NCBI GenBank assembly: GCA_028717225.1
Contig: JAQUOF010000003.1
Location: 1 to 57,081, forward strand
Length of the DNA stretch: 57,081 bases
Direction: 5' to 3'
DNA from: Patescibacteria group bacterium
GTDB taxonomy: Bacteria > Patescibacteriota > Patescibacteriia > UBA2591 > JAQUPP01
A program made the translations under genes and the position numbers. The number at the start of each line of letters is the position of its first letter. Position 1 is the stretch's first letter. Below the pieces are notes generated by a model. It was given only the letters and a program-made list of their open reading frames with translations, did no database searches and was not told the DNA's origin. Shown here piece by piece: positions 19,783 through 26,118 of the stretch.

Positions 19783-19920
19783 TTTTAGAGTCCGAAAGGG
19801 TGAATAGAAATTTTATTACAAATTAGAGCACCGAGCACTCAATTTTTCTTAAGCAAGAAAAATTGAGTGCTCGGTCAAGGTTTTGTTACCAAATTTTTTA
19901 TGTCCTTCGGACTTTAAAAT
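19783..19920. repeat. Long imperfect palindrome with a 21-bp perfect inner stem (cargo-less relative of the GIY-YIG element)
   Basis: Inner stem ACCGAGCACTCAATTTTTCTT (19830-19850) pairs with 19855-19875, loop AAGC. Outer arms TTTTAGAGTCCGAAAGG / CCTTCGGACTTTAAAA also pair. Confidence 0.75.
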
Positions 19921-19934
19921 TTGGACAAAAGCTC

Positions 19935-19963
19935 TTGACATTTTTGAATTTTTATGCTAATAT
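19935..19963 (+). promoter_or_regulatory. Sigma70-type promoter (TTGACA-N17-TAATAT, TGn extended -10)
   Basis: Read directly. About 68 nt upstream of the SD-led ORF at 20031. Confidence 0.6.
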
Positions 19964-20030
19964 TAAATCAGTTAATTTATAACAATAACAAAGAAATAAA
20001 TGATTGTCAATTAATTAGGGGGTGATTAAA

Positions 20031-20183
20031 ATGGAAAAGAAAGAGATTATTGTTATAGGATACAATAATATTGGAAAAGTTTGTTGGAGTAAATTTTCAG
20101 AAGAGGAATATCAAATTAAAGATGTATGGTTTATGGGTCGTAACTATAAGTGGAGAGTTGAATTAGTAAGAAGGATAAGGTAA
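20031..20183 (+). CDS. Hypothetical small protein (50 aa)
   Basis: Below the ORF-track cutoff. GGGGGTGA SD 7 nt upstream of the ATG. MEKKEIIVIGYNNIGKVCW... Confidence 0.45.
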   Translation: MEKKEIIVIGYNNIGKVCWSKFSEEEYQIKDVWFMGRNYKWRVELVRRIR

Positions 20184-20212
20184 ACCATAAAAAAACAAAA
20201 AAAGGAGGGGAA

Positions 20213-20524
20213 ATGTGGTACCAAATAAAAAGACAAGGAGAACGCGCATATCCGGCCGCAAAAGAAAATACCCCTAAATGCGTGATAATCAAAAAGGCAA
20301 GAGGATTGGTTTTACAGGGAGAAAAAAGTTCGTTGATTACAGAGGAAAATTTGAAAGTTAAAGCATTGAAATATGAAGGGAATAATCAGTGGAAGGTCGA
20401 CTTTGTTGATATCAATGTCGGCAATCCAATTGAATCTCCGGGTGCATGGGAAGCAAAAAAGAGAATCGCCTTAGCGAATAATCTCAAGATAACGGATTTG
20501 TTCGCTGAAAAAATCAAAAAATAA
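20213..20524 (+). CDS. Hypothetical protein (103 aa)
   Basis: Strong SD AAGGAGGGG, terminator downstream. No family recognised. Confidence 0.6.
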   Translation: MWYQIKRQGERAYPAAKENTPKCVIIKKARGLVLQGEKSSLITEENLKVKALKYEGNNQWKVDFVDINVGNPIESPGAWEAKKRIALANNLKITDLFAEKIKK

Positions 20525-20537
20525 GATTTATAAATTT

Positions 20538-20570
20538 CGCACTCGTCTAAAAAACGAGTGCGGTTTTTTT
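20538..20570 (+). terminator. Intrinsic terminator
   Basis: CGCACTCGT-loop-ACGAGTGCG followed by T7. Confidence 0.8.
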
Positions 20571-20597
20571 GGACAAATTTATTAAAAATAGTATACT
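20569..20597 (+). promoter_or_regulatory. Promoter TTGGAC-N17-TATACT, apparently leaderless for murG
   Basis: The -10 ends 7 nt before ATG 20605 and no SD is present. Nearly the same architecture occurs at 51068-51096. Confidence 0.5.
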
Positions 20598-20604
20598 GTC
20601 TAAT

Positions 20605-21687
20605 ATGAGAATATTTTTAAGCGGTGGTGGCACAGGCGGTTCAGTAAGTCCGCTTTTAGCCATTAGCCAAGAAATTAAGAAAAAAAACCCGGAAGTAAAA
20701 TTTTTATTTATCGGTACCAAAAAGGGAATTCCCGAGCGCGAATTAGCCCAATCATATAATATTCCTTATCAACCGATTTTTTCCGGCAAATTGAGCCGTT
20801 ATTTTTGTTGGCAAAATTTTTTGTCACCATTTTTAATTATCGCAGGTTTTTTACAATCTGTTTTTTTAATTTTAAAATATAGACCAAAAGCCATTGTTTC
20901 AGCCGGGGGATTTGTCGCCGTGCCTTTGGTTTGGGCCGGCTGGTTTTTTAGAACGCCGATTTTTATTCATCAGCAAGATGTTATTCCCGGTTTAGCCAAT
21001 AAATTAATGGCTCCTTTTGCAAAAATTATCACCGTCAGTTTGGATAAATCACTTAATGATTTTTCCAAAGAAAAAACCATTTTGACCGGCAATCCGGTTA
21101 GACCGGATGTAAAAAATTATTCCCAAGAAAGAGCGATTAAAAGATTTGATTTGGAAAATAATTTGCCAACATTATTAGTTGTCGGCGGCGGTACAGGGGC
21201 TCAACAATTAAATAATTTAATTAATAAAATTATTCCTGAACTAGTTAAATTTTGTCAGATAATTCACATAACAGGAAAAAGAAATATTCTAAATTCTAAA
21301 TTCCAAATTCCAAATTCCAATCACTATCATCAATACGAATTTTTAAATGAAGCAATGCCGGACGCTTTAACGATTGCCGATTTGGTTATCAGCCGAGCCG
21401 GAATGGGATTTTTGACAGAATTGTCAATTTTGGGAAAACCGGCGATTATAATTCCGATGCCGAATTCACATCAGGAAATCAACGCTCAATATTTTGCCGA
21501 GCAAAAAGCAATTGTTTTAATGGATCAAAAAAATATCACCACTGAAATTTTATCAGATAAAATTCATCAATTGATTTTTTCCACCAGCGAACGTTCCGTT
21601 TTAAGTTTGAATATTTCCAAATTGGCCAAACCGGATGCCGCTTCCAAAATCGCGGAAATTATTTTAAATAATATTGACAAAAAATAA
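20605..21687 (+). CDS. murG: UDP-GlcNAc:lipid I GlcNAc transferase MurG
   Basis: GGGTGGSVSPLLAI G-loop, RAGMG..E C-terminal motif. Start set at MRIFLSGGG. Confidence 0.9.
   Translation: MRIFLSGGGTGGSVSPLLAISQEIKKKNPEVKFLFIGTKKGIPERELAQSYNIPYQPIFSGKLSRYFCWQNFLSPFLIIAGFLQSVFLILKYRPKAIVSAGGFVAVPLVWAGWFFRTPIFIHQQDVIPGLANKLMAPFAKIITVSLDKSLNDFSKEKTILTGNPVRPDVKNYSQERAIKRFDLENNLPTLLVVGGGTGAQQLNNLINKIIPELVKFCQIIHITGKRNILNSKFQIPNSNHYHQYEFLNEAMPDALTIADLVISRAGMGFLTELSILGKPAIIIPMPNSHQEINAQYFAEQKAIVLMDQKNITTEILSDKIHQLIFSTSERSVLSLNISKLAKPDAASKIAEIILNNIDKK
21284..21318 (+). repeat. Heptamer tandem repeat, about 5 units (ATATTCT AAATTCT AAATTCC x3), inside murG
   Basis: Read directly. Translated in frame as NILNSKFQIPNS. 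Confidence 0.85.
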
Positions 21688-21701
21688 AGATATAATATAA
21701 T
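21674..21701 (+). promoter_or_regulatory. Promoter TTGACA-N16-TATAAT overlapping the murG stop
   Basis: Read directly. Precedes the hairpin leader and the ORF at 21798. Confidence 0.55.
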
Positions 21702-21714
21702 AGACAATAAATTG

Positions 21715-21747
21715 AATAATCCGCCAGTGGGCGGATGCTCCAATTTA
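21715..21747 (+). repeat. Conserved 33-nt hairpin module (ATCCGCC-AGTG-GGCGGAT core)
   Basis: AATAATCCGCCAGTGGGCGGATGCTCCAATTTA is nearly identical to AATAAATCCGCCCAAGGCGGATGCTTTAATTTA at 32891-32923. Confidence 0.7.
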
Positions 21748-21797
21748 TTGCAAAATTTCAATAAGAAATTTTGACAAATTTGGCAAAAGGGGGGACA

Positions 21798-22292
21798 ATG
21801 GAAAAAAGAATTGTTTTTGTAGAAAGTATTAAGGTAAAAGTACCCGAGGATTACAATCACAAAGAACGGTTAAAAGAATTCAACCAAAAGTATAGACAAG
21901 AATTCAGTTTTTATGATGATTTAATCACGGACAAAAACCAGAGAAAGGTATCATATGAACTTAAACCGGAAGAAGAATGCATTGCCAAGCTTTATACAAT
22001 CAAGCACAGTATAAGCTCGGAAGATTTGATTTCTTTTTTAGAGAAGCAGAAAAATGTGATTTTTCCTGCGAGTCATGGATTGACTGTTTTGTATGAAAAT
22101 GAGAGAAAAAGATTACCGCAAGGATTAATAGTATCATTTGATAGAAAAGAGAATCTTTGGGTACATCCCGGGGGAAGTCATGGAGTGGCAGTTCTCAAAA
22201 ATCAAGGAAGCAGTAGTGAATTTTTCCTGGGGTTTTTTGAAGATCCATGGAATGTGAATACAAGCGTAATTGGTTTTTATAAGAACAATTGA
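21798..22292 (+). CDS. Hypothetical protein (164 aa)
   Basis: SD AAGGGGGG upstream of ATG 21798, terminator downstream. No family recognised. Confidence 0.6.
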   Translation: MEKRIVFVESIKVKVPEDYNHKERLKEFNQKYRQEFSFYDDLITDKNQRKVSYELKPEEECIAKLYTIKHSISSEDLISFLEKQKNVIFPASHGLTVLYENERKRLPQGLIVSFDRKENLWVHPGGSHGVAVLKNQGSSSEFFLGFFEDPWNVNTSVIGFYKNN

Positions 22293-22305
22293 AAGTAGAT
22301 AAGTT

Positions 22306-22341
22306 TAGGCCTCTGTTTTGTTTAACAGAGGCCTATTTTTT
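22306..22341 (+). terminator. Intrinsic terminator
   Basis: TAGGCCTCTGTT-loop-AACAGAGGCCTA plus T-run. Confidence 0.8.
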
Positions 22342-22372
22342 ATGCTTTAAATTAGCGTTTTAGGGGAGGGGG

Positions 22373-22401
22373 TTGACAAAAACCAAAAAATGTGCTTAAA
22401 T
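22373..22401 (+). promoter_or_regulatory. Promoter GGGGTTGACA-N17-TTAAAT
   Basis: Read directly. The G-run before the -35 is as in the 49.5-52.7 kb elements, but no left partner was found. Confidence 0.5.
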
Positions 22402-22443
22402 AATAGCAATCCAGACAATGAAGTTTGGAAATAGGAGGAGATA

Positions 22444-23109
22444 ATGGTTCTTTTAAATACAATAATATTCTTTATTATTTTATTCGGAGCCGGTGCAGCA
22501 TTTGTAGGACTAGCCTATTTTTTGACTTTTAGCGTATTAATTCCATTCTGTCATAAGGTTTTATTTCGATTGATTCATCCTTATCAGAACAGGAGATTAT
22601 TATACGACTTAAAAAAATCGCCGGTTTTTTCCAGATTTTTGGCTTATACTGAATCTGAGGGAATAACCATAGAAAAGGGCTTGCCTGATGCATTTGGTAG
22701 TAATAGGGCACTTCATTTCAATCGTAACAAGACGGTTTGTGAACACGATGTGGTTGAAATTAGGAATATTAAAGAAATTTATATCCCATGGCTGCGGTGG
22801 AGAGGAGTTAATAGTTTAGCACATGAAATAGGCCATGTTTTGCAATACCGCCGTAAAAAGTTTATGACTTGCGCTATGGAATTAAAAGACAAAGATAATT
22901 ATGTTAGTTGTATTTGGTCAGAGTGGATAGCTTGGATAGATGGAGAAATTGTTCTTAGAAAATTAAAAATACCGGTAAATAAAAAAAGGTATTGGGAAAA
23001 TGCCCTTCATTCTATCTATACGCATGAATGTTTGCGATATCCGGAACAATGTCCGCAAGCGACATTTATACGGATTTTGGAAAATGAAACCAAAGAAGAA
23101 TTAAAATAA
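22444..23109 (+). CDS. Membrane-anchored putative zinc metallopeptidase (HEXXH)
   Basis: N-terminal TM, LAHEIGHVLQY motif, strong SD AGGAGG. Confidence 0.5.
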   Translation: MVLLNTIIFFIILFGAGAAFVGLAYFLTFSVLIPFCHKVLFRLIHPYQNRRLLYDLKKSPVFSRFLAYTESEGITIEKGLPDAFGSNRALHFNRNKTVCEHDVVEIRNIKEIYIPWLRWRGVNSLAHEIGHVLQYRRKKFMTCAMELKDKDNYVSCIWSEWIAWIDGEIVLRKLKIPVNKKRYWENALHSIYTHECLRYPEQCPQATFIRILENETKEELK

Positions 23110-23110
23110 A

Positions 23111-23149
23111 CAGCCCCCTAATTTAAATTAAAAGAGGGCTGTTTTTTTT
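23111..23149 (+). terminator. Intrinsic terminator
   Basis: CAGCCCCCT...AGAGGGCTG plus T8. Confidence 0.75.
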
Positions 23150-23175
23150 ATAAAAAAAGTGTAGAATAAATTGGT

Positions 23176-24639
23176 ATGAATTTACAAAAAGTGGAAAAAA
23201 TACATTTTATCGGTTTGGGCGGAATTGGGGTTAGCGCTTTGGCGAAAATGATGGTTCAACAGGGCAAAAAAGTTTTTGGCTCTGATTTGAATTCTTCGGA
23301 AATAATCAAGAAACTGGAAAAAATGGGAGTTAAATTTTATCAAGGCCATAAAGCGGAAAATTTGTCAGTTGATACTGATTTGGTTATTTATTCTCCGGCT
23401 GTGGAAAAAAATAATCCGGAAAGAATAAAAGCGAAAAAATTATCAATTCCCCAGCTTTCTTATCCTGAATTTTTGGGAGAATTAAGCAAAGAAAAATTTA
23501 CCATTGCTGTCAGCGGCACGCACGGTAAAAGCACCACCACGGCGATTTTGGGTTTGATTTTGGAACAAGCCGAATTGGATCCATTAGTGATTGTCGGAAG
23601 CAAGGTGCCTCAATGGAATGGAAATCTACGCATGACACAGACCGACACAGACGGAACACGGACTGGCACGGAATGTCAGTGTAGGTCAGTGTCCGGTCCG
23701 TGTAAGTCTGTGTTTGTGGTGGAATCCTGCGAATGGCGTGCGCATATGTTGAATTTATCGCCCAAAATGATTATTTTGAATAATTTAGAATTGGATCACA
23801 CAGATTATTATAAAGACATTAATCATTTAATCAGGACTTTTAAAACATATATTAAAAAATTACCCAAAGACGGAATTATAATTTTAAACTCCGACGATTC
23901 TAATTTAAAAAAACTCCATTCAAAAAGCAAGACAATAACTTTTGGCGTTAAAAATCAAGCCGAAGTAATGGCAAAAAATATTATTACCAAATCGGGCGAA
24001 CAAATTTTTGATTTATGTCTTCATGGAAAAATTTACAATTTTCGGTTAAAAGTTCCGGGAATTTTTAATGTTTACAATGTTTTAGCCGCAACTGCCGGCG
24101 CTTTGGCATTAGGCGTTAAACCTGAAATAATTAAAAAATCCGTAGAAAATTTTTACGGAATTTGGCGAAGATTTGAAAAAGTGGGGGAATATAAAAAAGC
24201 GATTATTATTTCTGATTACGCTCATCATCCGACTGCTGTTTCCGGCACTATTCAGGCGGCTAAAGAATTTTATCCCGAAAAAAGAATTATGGCCGTTTTT
24301 CAGCCCCATCATCACAACCGAACCAAAAAATTATTTAAGGAATTTATCAAATGTTTCAAAGGCGCTGATTTAACGATTATTTCGGAAATTTACGATGTGG
24401 CGGGTCGAGAAGAAGAAAAAGACCAAGATGTCAGTTCAAAAGATTTAGTCAAAGCAATTCGCGCTAGATATAAAAAAATTCCAAATTCCAAATTCCAAAT
24501 TCCAAATTCCAAAAATGTTTTATATGCTAAAAATTTAGTAGAAGTCAAAAAACTAATATTAAAGAACATAAAGCCAGGCGACATAGTCCTTATCATGGGA
24601 GCAGGGGATATTTTTGAAGTTGCCAATGATTTAGTTTAA
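23176..24639 (+). CDS. murC: UDP-N-acetylmuramate--L-alanine ligase MurC
   Basis: IHFIGLGGIGVSALA, GTHGKSTTT P-loop, NLELDHTDYY, C-terminal MGAGDI. Confidence 0.9.
   Translation: MNLQKVEKIHFIGLGGIGVSALAKMMVQQGKKVFGSDLNSSEIIKKLEKMGVKFYQGHKAENLSVDTDLVIYSPAVEKNNPERIKAKKLSIPQLSYPEFLGELSKEKFTIAVSGTHGKSTTTAILGLILEQAELDPLVIVGSKVPQWNGNLRMTQTDTDGTRTGTECQCRSVSGPCKSVFVVESCEWRAHMLNLSPKMIILNNLELDHTDYYKDINHLIRTFKTYIKKLPKDGIIILNSDDSNLKKLHSKSKTITFGVKNQAEVMAKNIITKSGEQIFDLCLHGKIYNFRLKVPGIFNVYNVLAATAGALALGVKPEIIKKSVENFYGIWRRFEKVGEYKKAIIISDYAHHPTAVSGTIQAAKEFYPEKRIMAVFQPHHHNRTKKLFKEFIKCFKGADLTIISEIYDVAGREEEKDQDVSSKDLVKAIRARYKKIPNSKFQIPNSKNVLYAKNLVEVKKLILKNIKPGDIVLIMGAGDIFEVANDLV
23634..23719 (+). repeat. GC-rich imperfect palindrome translated in frame within murC
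   Basis: Arms ACACAGACGGAACACGGACTGG / CCGGTCCGTGTAAGTCTGTGT. Encodes MTQTDTDGTRTGTECQCRSVSGPCKS between conserved MurC blocks. Confidence 0.7.
24476..24510 (+). repeat. (AAATTCC)x5 perfect tandem heptamer inside murC
   Basis: Read directly. Translated as IPNSKFQIPNSK. Confidence 0.9.
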
Positions 24640-24645
24640 ATTGAC

Positions 24646-24654
24646 TTATCCACA
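24646..24654 (+). promoter_or_regulatory. Perfect DnaA-box 9-mer TTATCCACA
   Basis: Exact consensus, 6 nt upstream of CIRCE. Confidence 0.3.
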
Positions 24655-24659
24655 GATTA

Positions 24660-24686
24660 TTAGCACTCTCTCTTGACGAGTGCTAA
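24660..24686 (+). promoter_or_regulatory. CIRCE operator (HrcA binding site)
   Basis: TTAGCACTC-N9-GAGTGCTAA, a perfect match to the CIRCE consensus, directly upstream of hrcA-grpE-dnaK. Confidence 0.9.
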
Positions 24687-24701
24687 TCTTTGTTTTATAA
24701 T
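24673..24701 (+). promoter_or_regulatory. hrcA operon promoter TTGACG-N17-TATAAT, overlapping CIRCE
   Basis: The -35 lies in the CIRCE spacer. The -10 ends 9 nt before ATG 24711 (near-leaderless). Confidence 0.65.
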
Positions 24702-24710
24702 AAAACCAAT

Positions 24711-25412
24711 ATGACTCAAAGGCAAAATCAATTGCTTAAAACTATTATCTCTCAATATATCAAAACCGCAGAGCCGATCGGGTCTGAATATTTGGCGGAA
24801 AAATTTGAGTCGAAAATAAGTTCAGCCACTATTCGCAATGAGATGGCAGAATTAACTACAAATGGTTTTTTGGCTCAGCCGCATACTTCGGCCGGCCGCA
24901 TTCCCACTGAAAAAGCTTATCATTATTATATTGAAAATTTTTTACAGCAAGAAGAAGTCAGTCAAATTGAAAAAAGAAAATTAAACAGCGTTAAAAAAGA
25001 AAATCAATCTTTGGAAATTTCAGCCAAGAAAATCGGCGAGAAAATAGCGGAGTTGACCAACGGACTGGTCATTCTGGCTTTTGATAAAAATAATTTTTAT
25101 TATACCGGACTTTCTTCTTTATTCAGCCAGCCGGAATTCAATCAAATGGATGTGGTTTATAATGTTTCGCAAATCATAGATCATCTGGATCAAACCGTTG
25201 CCAAAATTTTTGACGAGATAGAAAGCAATCACCGCGTTTTTTTGGGACAAAGCAATCCTTTCGGTGATTTTTGCGGAACAATTTTAATCAAATATCATAC
25301 GCCAAATCAAAAAAGAGGCGTAGTATTGGGTCTTTTGGGGCCGATGAGAATGGATTATAATAGAAATATCGCTTTAATAGAATACGCCAAAGAAATATTG
25401 GACAAAGTTTAA
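24711..25412 (+). CDS. hrcA: Heat-inducible repressor HrcA (short, 233 aa)
   Basis: RQNQLLKTIISQYIKTAEPIGSEYLAEK wHTH, IRNEMAELT..GFL.QPHTSAGRIPT. Sits at the head of grpE-dnaK with CIRCE upstream. Confidence 0.85.
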   Translation: MTQRQNQLLKTIISQYIKTAEPIGSEYLAEKFESKISSATIRNEMAELTTNGFLAQPHTSAGRIPTEKAYHYYIENFLQQEEVSQIEKRKLNSVKKENQSLEISAKKIGEKIAELTNGLVILAFDKNNFYYTGLSSLFSQPEFNQMDVVYNVSQIIDHLDQTVAKIFDEIESNHRVFLGQSNPFGDFCGTILIKYHTPNQKRGVVLGLLGPMRMDYNRNIALIEYAKEILDKV

Positions 25413-25416
25413 ATTT

Positions 25417-25923
25417 ATGTCAGACGAAGAAATTAAAAAATTACAAGACGAGCTTGAATTAGCCAAACAACAATCAGAAGAATATTTAAACGGCTGGAAA
25501 AGAACCAAAGCCGATTATCTTAATCGCGAAAGAGAGATTGATAAAGAAAAAATTGAATGGATAAAATTCGCCAATTTGGAATTAATTTTGAATTTTTTGC
25601 CGATTATGGACAGCTTTGATCATTCGGTAAAAAATTTATCGGAAATAGAAGACAATGATTCGACCCCTTCGACAGACTCAGGGCAAGTGGGCTCACCACG
25701 AAGCGAGTGGACAAACGGTATTTTAAAAATTAAAGACCAATTTGAAAGTTTTTTAAAAGCGCAAGGTATTGAAAAAATAAAAACTTTGGGAAAAAAATTT
25801 GATCCCATGTTTCATGAAGCGATTGACAAACAAGGTGAAGAAAATGAAATTGTTGAAGAAATTCAAAGCGGATACACAATGCACGGTCGGGTTATCAGAC
25901 CGGCAAAAGTTGTTGTGAAATAA
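25417..25923 (+). CDS. grpE: Nucleotide exchange factor GrpE
   Basis: Coiled-coil N-terminus, LLPIMDSFD, FDPMFHEAI, and GrpE C-terminal motifs. Confidence 0.9.
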   Translation: MSDEEIKKLQDELELAKQQSEEYLNGWKRTKADYLNREREIDKEKIEWIKFANLELILNFLPIMDSFDHSVKNLSEIEDNDSTPSTDSGQVGSPRSEWTNGILKIKDQFESFLKAQGIEKIKTLGKKFDPMFHEAIDKQGEENEIVEEIQSGYTMHGRVIRPAKVVVK

Positions 25924-25924
25924 A

Positions 25925-26075
25925 GGGCTCGAAGCAATCACCAAAAAAAGACACGGTCAATTCGCCCAGCGTGCGAATTGCCGTTTGGCGCTCGTCCTCA
26001 CTCCTCCGACGTTCGTCGGAGACCCTGCCCGTTCGGACTGCGCGACACTTTTTTTGGCGATTACTTCTCGCCGAT
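25925..26075 (+). other. GC-rich structured intergenic element between grpE and dnaK
   Basis: Outer imperfect inverted repeat GAAGCAATCACCAAAAAAAGACAC / GACACTTTTTTTGGCGATTACTTC. Inner hairpins CAATTCGC/GCGAATTG and CTCCGAC/GTCGGAG. Confidence 0.6.
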
Positions 26076-26118
26076 TAATCAATTAATTAATTATTAAATA
26101 TAAAATGAGGTAAAATTT

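Noticed and set aside
19830-19875. GAGCACTC...GAGTGCTC palindrome as a second CIRCE/HrcA operator
   Set aside because: It shares only the AGCACTC/GAGTGCT heptamer with CIRCE. It lacks the TTAGCACTC ends and has a 24-nt rather than 9-nt spacing. The true CIRCE is at 24660-24686.
24476-24510. Heptamer repeats as a CRISPR array or other spaced repeat
   Set aside because: The units are contiguous 7-mers with no spacers. No CRISPR-like repeat-spacer periodicity or cas genes occur anywhere in the window.
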